DNA of 64,000 nucleotides from an uncultured Desulfosarcina sp. (GCA_963674945.2 CAXXWQ010000004.1:192001-256000); one strand, 5' to 3'; counted from the stretch's first letter, positions 30,131 to 39,146 are shown. The notes: a model not told the origin generated them from the letters alone. Program-made: numbers and translations.

Positions 30131-30243
30131 GGACACACACGAACTTACAAGGACAAAAAAAATAGGAAAACAAAACCAAAACCAGCTTGAACTTGTACTA
30201 TGGTAGACTCCAATTCTCCAGTTTGAGGCCATCCACTCGCCGG
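30127..30243. repeat. Direct repeat copy 1 (three 10-mers plus vapC 3' end)
   Basis: CACGGACACA-CACGAACTTA-CAAGGACAAA...CAAAACCAGCTTGAACTTGTACTATGGTAGACTCCAATT, similar to 31698-31809. Confidence 0.8.
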
Positions 30244-30596
30244 AAATGTTTTTCGTTGTTGGATATCAGAATTAGATTTTGAGTTAGCGCTGTTGCTGCA
30301 ATGATAAGGTCGAAATCATCAAGAGGGGTGCCTTGAAGTTCCAATTGTGCCTTCATCATTCCAAACGTATCGGAAATGAAAAAATCTACTGGTATCGTCT
30401 CCATTGCATTTTCGACCCGCCGTACTTTTGCAAGATTGGCATTGATTTTCTGCGATTTATACGCTCCGTAATATAACTCCATGAGAGAAATAGCGCTTAT
30501 TTTTAACGGATCGTATTGATGTCTCTTCAGATTTTGAATGACGGATTCATTTCCTTTCAGGCTGTAAATAATCGTATCGGTGTCGAGAAGAAACAT
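30198..30596 (-). CDS. vapC: VapC PIN-domain toxin
   Basis: LLDTDTII, ELYYG, DFDLIIAATA, SNNEKHF. Confidence 0.9.
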   Translation of the reverse strand: MFLLDTDTIIYSLKGNESVIQNLKRHQYDPLKISAISLMELYYGAYKSQKINANLAKVRRVENAMETIPVDFFISDTFGMMKAQLELQGTPLDDFDLIIAATALTQNLILISNNEKHFRRVDGLKLENWSLP

Positions 30597-30871
30597 CAGG
30601 GCAATCCTTTTTCGAGTTTCCTGGACGATTTCCGATTCCTTTTAAGCTCCTGAACGATTTGTTCATCCGAGCGAGAATCCTCCCAAGATCCTGCCAATGA
30701 GAGCAGGATTTGTGCCGCTGTCTCTGATTCTTGGACTCGCTGTTTTCGCGCCAAGTGATTTCGAATCAAGAAAAGCACTTGCTGGCTCACGGAACGATTT
30801 TCATCGGCAGCCCTTTTTTTTAACTCCTGGTATAGATGCTCATCAATGCCTTTGATCTGTAGATTTGACAT
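30596..30871 (-). CDS. Ribbon-helix-helix antitoxin (FitA/VapB-like)
   Basis: MSNLQIKGIDEHLYQELKKRAADENRSVSQQV; stop overlaps vapC start (TGATG). Confidence 0.8.
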   Translation of the reverse strand: MSNLQIKGIDEHLYQELKKRAADENRSVSQQVLFLIRNHLARKQRVQESETAAQILLSLAGSWEDSRSDEQIVQELKRNRKSSRKLEKGLP

Positions 30872-30890
30872 TACCCTTCCCTTCAATGCT

Positions 30891-30927
30891 AATTCATGAT
30901 TCTATATTATTATTTCATGAATTTCAA
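30891..30927 (-). promoter_or_regulatory. sigma70-like promoter with inverted-repeat operator for the RHH-vapC module
   Basis: TTGAAA-N17-TAGAAT on - strand; AATTCATGA...TCATGAATT inverted repeat overlaps it. Confidence 0.6.
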
Positions 30928-30947
30928 CTCTAAAGCCATATTGCTTA

Positions 30948-30992
30948 TTGACAAGCTTTCCAACAACCAATAAACTTAGTCTATTAAACTAA
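30948..30992 (+). promoter_or_regulatory. sigma70 promoter plus palindromic operator for the phd-vapC module
   Basis: TTGACA-N17-TAAACT (30948-30976) followed by TTAGTCTA-T-TAAACTAA. Confidence 0.65.
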
Positions 30993-31025
30993 ACTATAGA
31001 TGAGACCGGGTGTCAGGAGATTGGC

Positions 31026-31274
31026 ATGCAAACTATCAACATACATAATGCAAAAACCCATTTATCGCGTTTGGTTGAAGAAGCGGCCAAGGGAAAAGAA
31101 TTTATTATCGCTAAAGCAGGAAAACCAATGGTCAGGGTATCACCGTTAACTGCTGAAGATGCCCCTTCGAAGAAAAGACTTGGATTCATGAAGGGTGAAA
31201 TTTCTGTTCCCGATGATTTCGATTCTATGGATACACCTTACATTAAGGGACTTTTTGAAGGTGATGACTTATGA
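31026..31274 (+). CDS. Phd/YefM-family antitoxin
   Basis: MQTINIHNAKTHLSRLVEEAAKGKEFIIAKAGKP. Confidence 0.9.
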   Translation: MQTINIHNAKTHLSRLVEEAAKGKEFIIAKAGKPMVRVSPLTAEDAPSKKRLGFMKGEISVPDDFDSMDTPYIKGLFEGDDL

Positions 31275-31657
31275 AGTTATTGCTCGACACGCATATCCTT
31301 CTCTGGGCAGCTGGTGATCCCGACAAGCTTTCAGATTCTGTACGTAAAATGCTGCTTGAAGAACGAAATTCATTACATTTTAGCGTAGCAAGCATTTGGG
31401 AGATTGTCATTAAAAGAGGTATCGGACGAGATGATTTCAAAGTGGATCCATATCGGTTAAAGAAAATGCTGGTTTTAAACGATTACAACGAGTTGCCTAT
31501 TACATCAGAACATGTGCTAAGAGTGGAATCGCTTCCGCACATCCATAAAGATCCATTTGATCGAATATTAATTGCCCAGGCACGCAGTGAAGGAATGATG
31601 TTGGTTACTGTGGATGCAACAGTTGTTGAATACGGAGAGGGTACTTTTTCTGCATAA
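31271..31657 (+). CDS. vapC: VapC PIN-domain toxin
   Basis: LLLDTHILLW, SVASIWE, HKDPFDRILIAQA; ATGA overlap with the antitoxin. Confidence 0.9.
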   Translation: MKLLLDTHILLWAAGDPDKLSDSVRKMLLEERNSLHFSVASIWEIVIKRGIGRDDFKVDPYRLKKMLVLNDYNELPITSEHVLRVESLPHIHKDPFDRILIAQARSEGMMLVTVDATVVEYGEGTFSA

Positions 31658-31697
31658 TAGGGCAAAAAAGAAGTTTTTCTTTTAAAACAATTATCGG

Positions 31698-31809
31698 GCA
31701 CGGACACACACGGACTTTCACAGACAGAGTAATAGAACAAAAACCAAAACAGCTTAAACCTGTACTATGGCAGACTTCAATTATCCAGTTTGAGTCTATC
31801 CACTAACCG
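31698..31809. repeat. Direct repeat copy 2
   Basis: CACGGACACA-CACGGACTTT-CACAGACAGA...CAAAACAGCTTAAACCTGTACTATGGCAGACTTCAATT. Confidence 0.8.
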
Positions 31810-31842
31810 ATAAATTATCGTATCGGTGTTCAGGAGAAACAT
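31765..31842 (-). pseudogene. vapC: Internally deleted vapC relic
   Basis: Translates MFLLNTDTIIY-RLVDRLKLDN*SLP*, matching both ends of vapC 30198..30596 (MFLLDTDTIIY...RRVDGLKLENWSLP*). Confidence 0.85.
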
Positions 31843-32921
31843 CAGAGTATATCAACCATTTCCCAAGTCAACGGCGTTCCTTTTCGAATTGTTTTTGCGG
31901 CTCTCCGGCCAATCACATCATCAATATACTTGGGGTGAAGTCCATGACCGGGCCGGATCGACCGTACATTATCGGATGTCAACAATTCTCCTTTTAGAAT
32001 ATCCTTTACAACAAAAAGTGATCTTCGAAATGTAAAGCTTTCCGCCTCCGCATCGATCACGCCGTAGTGCACCTTTCCAAGTGATTTCTCAACCAACCGG
32101 ATTTGTTCCACCATAGATTTGAATTCAGAGGGTTCCATGGAAAAAGCACTGTCGGCACTATCATTCTTTCTGGATATGGTGAAGTGCTTTTCTATCATGC
32201 ATGCACCTAAGGGAACCGCGGCTACTGAACTAAGATATCCCATCGAATGATCGGATAGCCCGCACGGCAAGGAAAAATGGCCTACCATATGCGCAATTGT
32301 GTTCAGGTTCATTGCCTCTAAAGGAGAGGGATAGGCGCTGACGCACTTAAGCAGGCAAATATCATTTGCACCCACATTTTTAGTCGTTTCTACGGCTTCC
32401 TCGATCTCAGCCAGCGTCGCCATACCGGTTGACAGTATCATGGGTTTGCCGGTTCGGGCGATTCGTTTGATCAATGGAATGTCCACCAGTTCGAATGAGG
32501 AGACTTTGAAGGCGGGTACATCCATTTTCTCCAGAAAATCAACGGAACTCATGTCATAGGCAGTGGAAAAAAAATCGATACCCAGATCTGAGGCTTGTTT
32601 TTGCAGTTTTGGTTGCCAGTCCCAGGGCATATAAGCCTCTTGGTATAGATCAAAAAGGGTTCGATCTTGCCACAGAGATCCTTTTCCGTGACGAAATAAT
32701 GGTAAATCGCAATCAATTGTCAGTGTACCCGGCGTATAGGTTTGTACTTTTACCGCATCCGCTCCGGATTCCTTGGCGGCATGAATCAAACTTACGGCCT
32801 CATTGAAGTCTTGCCGATGGTTGGCTGATAGCTCGGCGACGACATAGACCGGATGGCCCGGTCCGATTGATCTCTTTCCGATCTCAATGGATTTGATAGG
32901 ATTGTCTGAAACTATCATCAT
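31842..32921 (-). CDS. pseI: Pseudaminic acid synthase (NeuB family)
   Basis: VAELSANH, AVKVQTY, KVSSFE, LSTGMA, KCVSAYP, GLSDH, IEKHFT, C-terminal SAF domain (FRRSL, IRPGHGL). Confidence 0.88.
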   Translation of the reverse strand: MMIVSDNPIKSIEIGKRSIGPGHPVYVVAELSANHRQDFNEAVSLIHAAKESGADAVKVQTYTPGTLTIDCDLPLFRHGKGSLWQDRTLFDLYQEAYMPWDWQPKLQKQASDLGIDFFSTAYDMSSVDFLEKMDVPAFKVSSFELVDIPLIKRIARTGKPMILSTGMATLAEIEEAVETTKNVGANDICLLKCVSAYPSPLEAMNLNTIAHMVGHFSLPCGLSDHSMGYLSSVAAVPLGACMIEKHFTISRKNDSADSAFSMEPSEFKSMVEQIRLVEKSLGKVHYGVIDAEAESFTFRRSLFVVKDILKGELLTSDNVRSIRPGHGLHPKYIDDVIGRRAAKTIRKGTPLTWEMVDIL

Positions 32922-33067
32922 TTCGTGGCTGTCTGATGTGCTCCGATGGGTGGGCATGTGAGAATATGTCCATCTGCCGCGAAGATCATTCCGGAGTGGA
33001 ATTTACTACGATTTCACTTCCATCCGGCTACGGAGTAATTTCACAAAAATTCAACTCATTTTCTTCT

Positions 33068-34087
33068 TCAAAATCCTTCTTCGTAATCATCAATGATCAT
33101 GTCCTGCGGAAAACGAATTTGACGCAACGTTTTTTCTTTCCTGTGAAAAGGTATGTTTGACAGATCATCCCCCATAGATTCCATCATAAACCAGTAAAAG
33201 CTATCCAATCCGGCTGCCATGGAAAGTGTCGATGCTCCCCCGAAACGGCAATTACATTCCAGTATATGGTATACGCCCACCTTGTCCTCAACTGCTTGAA
33301 ATACAAGATGCCCACGCAATTTCAGTACCTTTGCCACAGTGGCACAGAATTTTTCCAGCGCAGGCTTTCTCGCTGTAGTCGTCACCTGAGACTCACCGTT
33401 TCGAATTAGATCCCTTGAACGGGATATTGCTCCTTTTGGAGTTCCATTCCGCGTAATATAAAAATCGACGCTGTACTCCTTTCCAGCGATAAACGGCTGG
33501 AAAATTGGGGCGTTGAGTCGTCTCGCATGTTTTATCGCATCCTTTTTGCTTACATTCAATGCAATGTTTTTGGCGCCCGCTCCCAACCGCTCCTTGGCCA
33601 CGAATACCGAACCTTCAATCCCGTTGATATCTTCAGCCGTGGGAACAATCGGAACAGTGCTGTCGTTTCTCAGGTTTTCATAAAACCTGAGTTTATCTAT
33701 ACAGGTCTCAACGCCTTTGAAAGTTGAAATCATTGTGTGTATACCAATTTTCATTAATTCATCATTATATTTGGCAAAATAGAGAAGTTCACCATCTCTT
33801 GTGGGAAATATGACCGAAATCTTTTTTCCCAGGCAAAAATCGATGAACTCATCGATCCTCAGATCCACCAAGACAGGCATCTGCCAGAATTCATCGACAA
33901 AATACCGTCCGATGCATTTCGGGTCCGTATCCCCCCCGATGATCTTTCCGTTTTTCGATATTCGTTTCAGTGCCTTTTTCACCTCCCGAACAAGAGGGAC
34001 CTTATTGGAAAGGCTCGTTATTAATACATTGAAGGTAGGCTGCTTCAACTCTATTTTATGCCTTTCGATTGAATTACCTGTTCTCAT
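33068..34087 (-). CDS. ATP-grasp domain protein (carbamoyl-phosphate-synthase-like)
   Basis: PTRDGEL, CIDK, KERLGAGA, QPFIAGKEYSVD, ECNCRFGGA. Confidence 0.8.
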   Translation of the reverse strand: MRTGNSIERHKIELKQPTFNVLITSLSNKVPLVREVKKALKRISKNGKIIGGDTDPKCIGRYFVDEFWQMPVLVDLRIDEFIDFCLGKKISVIFPTRDGELLYFAKYNDELMKIGIHTMISTFKGVETCIDKLRFYENLRNDSTVPIVPTAEDINGIEGSVFVAKERLGAGAKNIALNVSKKDAIKHARRLNAPIFQPFIAGKEYSVDFYITRNGTPKGAISRSRDLIRNGESQVTTTARKPALEKFCATVAKVLKLRGHLVFQAVEDKVGVYHILECNCRFGGASTLSMAAGLDSFYWFMMESMGDDLSNIPFHRKEKTLRQIRFPQDMIIDDYEEGF

Positions 34088-34114
34088 TATTTATGAACTC
34101 GTAATACGTCGGGT

Positions 34115-35137
34115 TTATTGAATCGTAAAGACACATCCCTCGATCCATGGCGATGCATCCGCATCGCAGAGATAATAAACCGCCAAGTAGCGGTTGTCAT
34201 TTAGTTGAACCAAGTCTCCATAACCACCATCATAGACGCTTCCTGTATATAAGGCCGGCTTAGCGATACGTCTCCAGGAACGCCCCTGATCTTGGCTTAT
34301 GCCAATCGCCAAACCTGGATCGGATTCGGAAAGATCCCTGTAAATGACCAGATGCCCGCCTATGGATTGGGAGTCGATGATCATAGGGGCGTGGCCGAAA
34401 AGGTTTGTCTTTTCGGGAAAAGACCAGGTTCGCCCGTCATCGTTGGATTCGCATCGGTACAAATTGAAAGGTGGTGTTTCGTTACGTATGAGAACAACCC
34501 AGTTCTTTTTGCCCACGTATCCAAGGGAGTACTCTGTCAATCTTGTTCCCACTGCTGTTGAACTTGCCACTTTTGCTCGGAATGTCCATGTTTTTCCACG
34601 ATCTCCTGATTTCAGTAAAACCGGGGTTCCGACCGGTTCATCTTCGAACGCACGATAACCGGGCATTAGTAAATCGCCTTTATCAGTTCGTCGAATATGG
34701 CCGAAACAGATGATGTTCTGGTCGCTAAGTGCCGTTAGGAGGGTTCGTCGGGTCAAAACAGGAGAACTACCCCTTGAGAGATAAACGTCATTGCGTCGCT
34801 TAAACTCATAATCCCTTGTGGCCAGAAAGTATAAGTCCGATTCAGGGGCGGATAAAATTGCATCCAGTTCATTTACCGATTCGTTCGATGACGGTTCAAA
34901 GAGCGTACCCTGCGACATCCATTCATCAGGATGACGTACATCACTGGAAAAAAGCAAGACTTTCCCCCCGACACCGTGTGCCTGACGGCCGGAGACCGAA
35001 CCTGAACGACAGGCCAGCCACAATTGATTGTCCGTTCGAATCAGCGTCGGAAACGCATGATAGCAACCACATTTTTTCTCAAGTATGCAAAAACGATTTT
35101 CTATCTGTACAATCAATTCAGACAGGCTTTCATTCAA
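34115..35137 (-). CDS. Sialidase-fold (BNR/Asp-box) beta-propeller protein, no signal peptide
   Basis: Asp-boxes SGDRGKTW, SNDDGRTW, SQDQGRSW; HAFP in place of RIP; LTEYS..LIRN; DGGYGDL. Confidence 0.8.
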   Translation of the reverse strand: MNESLSELIVQIENRFCILEKKCGCYHAFPTLIRTDNQLWLACRSGSVSGRQAHGVGGKVLLFSSDVRHPDEWMSQGTLFEPSSNESVNELDAILSAPESDLYFLATRDYEFKRRNDVYLSRGSSPVLTRRTLLTALSDQNIICFGHIRRTDKGDLLMPGYRAFEDEPVGTPVLLKSGDRGKTWTFRAKVASSTAVGTRLTEYSLGYVGKKNWVVLIRNETPPFNLYRCESNDDGRTWSFPEKTNLFGHAPMIIDSQSIGGHLVIYRDLSESDPGLAIGISQDQGRSWRRIAKPALYTGSVYDGGYGDLVQLNDNRYLAVYYLCDADASPWIEGCVFTIQ

Positions 35138-35187
35138 CCATAGAGCACGAAAAATTCAGAAATTTGCTTCGAGGGCACGGCACGCTC

Positions 35188-36933
35188 TCACAAATTCGTC
35201 TCAGAGATGGATGTATCAAAAAGTGACTTGATCTCTGCAACGATATCCGGTGTTCCGTCTGTCAGCGGGCGAGGGCGAGACATGCGACCATTTTTAAACC
35301 TTGAAAGAATGGACGCAACATCCTCAACCGATTGGATGAGTAGTGGCTCCATCCCAAAATGGCGAAAAAACAGAATCGCATCTTCACGATGGGCATCCGA
35401 ATCGGGCCAACATACGGGGAGCGTACCCAATGCAACTGCCTCGTTAAAACTGATCCCAAAGCCGCTGATCAACATGTGTGAACGTGCCAAATCATCTGCA
35501 AAGGTTCTCTCATACCCGTCGATGATCTTCGCCCGGATATCATTGGATTCAAGCCATCGCCGAATCATTTCCCGTCGCTCACGGTCATGAAGGTATACGA
35601 GAACATCCAATGTTTTTTCTGGTGCATTGGAAGAAATGCGCCGTATCTCATCCCGTAAGATGAGGAAACGCTCGCCGGCTACGATCTTTGGAACCACTCG
35701 ATCCGATCCTGTCATCGAAGCGTGATCATTATCCGTATGGCATTCACCAGTATACTTGTTTAAAACATTGGGAATAACGATTATATCAGCTTCACGGGTC
35801 CAGGGCTGGGTATTTTCGAGAACTGCACATCTTACGTTTTTCCCGATGGCAGATCGCCAACCTGGATTCGGCCCCCGCTGATCGAAAATATCGACAATGC
35901 AAAGATCATACTGACAACTGATGGATTCCAGCGCCACCTCTCTTCGGTTGCGGTTTTGGTTCACCGGTCTTGCAAACGCCCCCCAGTGGACTGTAAACCC
36001 CGTTTCATCGATGATGGTTTCTGCCTGAAAGTCATCGATGAAAAAATGAGTGGACCAGGCCAGACGCTCGGTGAGTTGGCGTGCCAACTCCAGACATCTC
36101 GTCAAATGCCCATATCCATACATACCACCGGCATCCACCACAAAAAGAACTCTCTTTTTGTTTTCGACCAATCGGCATTGATGCACATGAACATTGATCT
36201 TCCTCAGATCGGGCCTCTTTTTCAAAAGCCCAACGACGTGCGGAAGATCGAATGGTAGATCGCACCCATCGAGATGGGAGTAAAGGGCATTCATAAAAGC
36301 CAAATCCGCCGGTGTGTCCACGGAGAGTCGATGGGGTGGCATATAAAGGGATTCGTCCAGTCTCACCTCGATCGGATTGAAAAGCTCAGGACGCTGATAG
36401 ATAATGGGGAATTGATGTTCTTTTAGTTCAGGCCGGTCGGCAAGATCGTCGGCCAGTTGCCAGGCACGTCTCCTGTTCGCGACAATGCCTTGGAGCGCCG
36501 GTGGTAGGCTAAAAATATCTTTAGCCAATTGAACCGTATCCGCCTCTGAGTTGTCTTTTAAGCTACGAATGATTTCATCAATGGCCGGTGCATCGATCAA
36601 AGGGCAGTCTCCGCTAACCAGCACACAAATCTCAGCATCAAATGCTTCGGCGGCACGGCGAAGTCGCGTAGTGACATGATCCACTTTTCCCGAATACCAG
36701 AAACAGGCAATGCCATTTTCTTTCGCAAATGCCTTGAGGGGAAGATTCTCGACTTCGTCCACAGTTGCCAGCACGATCTCGTCCAATTCGTTGCAGAAAT
36801 GAAGGCGATCAATGACCCATTGCAGCATTGGACGACCACCAATGGTGCGTAGGTGTTTGGCGGGAAGCCTGGATGAACTGAGCCTAACGACGACAAAGGC
36901 GACAGTCTTCTCGTGGGTACTGCTGTTTGTCAT
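35188..36933 (-). CDS. Cytidylyltransferase (PseF/SpsF-like) fused to PseG-like UDP-sugar hydrolase
   Basis: N-half RLSSSRLPAK, SGDCPLID, RLSVDTPAD; C-half VVDAGGMYGYGHLTRCLELA. Confidence 0.8.
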   Translation of the reverse strand: MTNSSTHEKTVAFVVVRLSSSRLPAKHLRTIGGRPMLQWVIDRLHFCNELDEIVLATVDEVENLPLKAFAKENGIACFWYSGKVDHVTTRLRRAAEAFDAEICVLVSGDCPLIDAPAIDEIIRSLKDNSEADTVQLAKDIFSLPPALQGIVANRRRAWQLADDLADRPELKEHQFPIIYQRPELFNPIEVRLDESLYMPPHRLSVDTPADLAFMNALYSHLDGCDLPFDLPHVVGLLKKRPDLRKINVHVHQCRLVENKKRVLFVVDAGGMYGYGHLTRCLELARQLTERLAWSTHFFIDDFQAETIIDETGFTVHWGAFARPVNQNRNRREVALESISCQYDLCIVDIFDQRGPNPGWRSAIGKNVRCAVLENTQPWTREADIIVIPNVLNKYTGECHTDNDHASMTGSDRVVPKIVAGERFLILRDEIRRISSNAPEKTLDVLVYLHDRERREMIRRWLESNDIRAKIIDGYERTFADDLARSHMLISGFGISFNEAVALGTLPVCWPDSDAHREDAILFFRHFGMEPLLIQSVEDVASILSRFKNGRMSRPRPLTDGTPDIVAEIKSLFDTSISETNL

Positions 36934-38066
36934 TGGGTCGTTAGATCGATGATGGATTGAATTACGAAATTCACGTCATTGTCATCCATGGCCGGAAATA
37001 TCGGCAAGGAGAGGATTTTTTCATAAGCTGCCTCGGCAACCGGGCACTGTCCCTTATAGGCACCTGCTTTTTCCTGATAGTAGGGGTGGAGGTTCAAAGG
37101 CAGGTAGTGAACATTGACACCGATATCCATCTCTCTCAGGGCATTAAATAGTTTATCGCGGCTGACGGAGCCTTCTTCCCCTTGGATCCTGACGACATAC
37201 AAATGATAAACGTGTCGTAATGAATCGCCAATCTTCAGCGGCCGGATTGTATTGCTCGATTGAAAGGCACGATCATATATAGCGGCAATGGTGCGTCGCC
37301 TTTCGATCCAATTGTCGATTTTCTTGAGTTGGCTGATACCCAAAGCACATTGAAAATCGGTGATACGATAGTTGAACCCCAGATCCACGACTTCGTAATG
37401 CCATGTTTTGAGCCGGGCACGCTGATGCAGATCGGCATCGATGCCGTGATTTTTGAATCGACGCATTCGTCTGGCCAGCGTCGAATCATCGCAAACAATT
37501 GCCCCCCCCTCTCCCGTGGTAATATGCTTTACCGGATGAAAGCTGTATACTGCCAGATCAACCCATTGGCCGACGGACTTCTCCCCACATCTGGCACCCA
37601 ATGCATGACAAGAATCACTGAGCAGACCGATATGATGACTATCGGCCAGATCGCGGAGGACGGGATAGTTGCAGGGCTGGCCGGCAAAATCAACGGCGAT
37701 GATCGCTTTTGTGCGTGTCGTTATATGCTTTGCCGCCGCGTCAATATCAATTAGAAGTGTGTGCGGATCAACATCGACAATCACCGGCTTGCCACCTTGG
37801 GCGATGATACAATTGGCCGTGGCGGCGAAGGTGATGGCAGGGACGATGACCTCGTCGCCGGGTTGAATACCAATGGCATAAGCGGCGCAGTGCAACGCTG
37901 CGGTGCCACTCGAAACGGCCACCGCATGTAAGGTTTCGGTGTATCGCGCCAGGGCTTCCTCAAATTCGCCGATCTTCGGTCCGGTGGTTAACCAGTCTGT
38001 TTTTAGCACATCGACGATGGCGTCGATATCCGCCGGATCGATTTGGTGACGACCGTAGGGAATCAA
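36930..38066 (-). CDS. pseC: UDP-4-keto-6-deoxy-AltNAc aminotransferase (DegT family)
   Basis: MIPYGRH, WLTTGP, SSGTAALH, DSCHALG, SFHPVKHITTGEGG, GFNYRITDFQ. Confidence 0.9.
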   Translation of the reverse strand: MIPYGRHQIDPADIDAIVDVLKTDWLTTGPKIGEFEEALARYTETLHAVAVSSGTAALHCAAYAIGIQPGDEVIVPAITFAATANCIIAQGGKPVIVDVDPHTLLIDIDAAAKHITTRTKAIIAVDFAGQPCNYPVLRDLADSHHIGLLSDSCHALGARCGEKSVGQWVDLAVYSFHPVKHITTGEGGAIVCDDSTLARRMRRFKNHGIDADLHQRARLKTWHYEVVDLGFNYRITDFQCALGISQLKKIDNWIERRRTIAAIYDRAFQSSNTIRPLKIGDSLRHVYHLYVVRIQGEEGSVSRDKLFNALREMDIGVNVHYLPLNLHPYYQEKAGAYKGQCPVAEAAYEKILSLPIFPAMDDNDVNFVIQSIIDLTTQ

Positions 38067-39076
38067 CGATTTTCTTTCTCTTCTGCGATCATTGCCATCA
38101 ACTCGGCATCAGAAAGCCATTGGGGATTATTGTTGCTCGTGTATTGGAATCCTTCTTTGACGGGTGATCCTTTTTTTTCCTCGTCCCCATGCCACCGGGG
38201 ACCGAAAGGAAGCGGTTTGATGACGTAGTGATTGTCAAATTCTATGGCCTGTCTCGCTTCTTCTTCGGTAAGCAACACCTCATGGAGTTTTTCTCCCGGC
38301 CGTATACCGACAATTTCGTGCTCACAGTCCGGGGCAAGTGTCTCGACCAAATCGACGATGCGCATGCTCGGTATTTTAGGAACGAAAATCTCGCCACCTT
38401 TCATGAGGGTGATGCAGTTGATGACAAAGGCAACTGCCTGTTTCAATGATATCCAAAAACGCGTCATGCGCACGTCCGTTATCGGCACCTTTCCATTACA
38501 GCGTTCTTCCAGCAACAGAGGAACAAGGCTCCCCCTGCTGCCAAGAACGTTTCCGTACCGGACCACCGAAAATCGTGTTTCTTTCGGGCCGGTATAGACA
38601 CAGGCGGAGACAAACAACTTGTCTGCGCATAGCTTTGTCGCCCCATATAAATTGGCAGGGCTGACCGCTTTGTCGCTACTAAGCGCAATGACCTTTTTCA
38701 CACCACAGTCGATGGCCGCGTCGATAATGTTCGATGCGCCCAAGATGTTTGTCTTGATCACCTCCAGCGGATTGTACTCGGCGGTGGGGACTTGTTTTAA
38801 CGCCGCAGCGTGAATAACGATATCAACCCCTCGAAATGCGCGGTATAGTCGCTCCCTGTCTCTGATATCACCGATAAAATATCGCATGGGACCACCGGGA
38901 ACGTCAGGGAATTCATACCTCATCTCCTGTTGCTTGACTTCGTCCCGGCTGAGAATAATGACGCGTCTTGGCTTGTACTCGGCCAAAATGGTGCGAACAA
39001 ACTTTCGACCGAACGAACCCGTTCCACCTGATATGAGGATGTTGGCATTATTTAAATTATTTCCGCTGTTGGTCAC
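38063..39076 (-). CDS. pseB: UDP-GlcNAc 4,6-dehydratase (inverting)
   Basis: SGGTGSFG, SRDEVKQ, HAAALKQVPTAEYNP, NLYGATK, RYGNVLGSRGS, RMTRFWI, GIRPGEKLHE. Confidence 0.92.
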   Translation of the reverse strand: MTNSGNNLNNANILISGGTGSFGRKFVRTILAEYKPRRVIILSRDEVKQQEMRYEFPDVPGGPMRYFIGDIRDRERLYRAFRGVDIVIHAAALKQVPTAEYNPLEVIKTNILGASNIIDAAIDCGVKKVIALSSDKAVSPANLYGATKLCADKLFVSACVYTGPKETRFSVVRYGNVLGSRGSLVPLLLEERCNGKVPITDVRMTRFWISLKQAVAFVINCITLMKGGEIFVPKIPSMRIVDLVETLAPDCEHEIVGIRPGEKLHEVLLTEEEARQAIEFDNHYVIKPLPFGPRWHGDEEKKGSPVKEGFQYTSNNNPQWLSDAELMAMIAEEKENR

Positions 39077-39146
39077 AGTCCCTCCCGCCTTGAAACCAAA
39101 ATAGCTCCGCTTGGTCAGTTACGGTCTAACCTTTACGATTCTTTTT

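Noticed and set aside
30131..30232. Hydrophobic N-terminal extension of the HAD ORF resembling a signal peptide
   Set aside because: It is translated repeat and vapC 3' sequence that is also present in the second repeat copy
30128..31728. Repeats as a CRISPR array or integron attC sites
   Set aside because: Only two copies, no spacer periodicity, no cas or integrase gene, no attC-like inverted core seen
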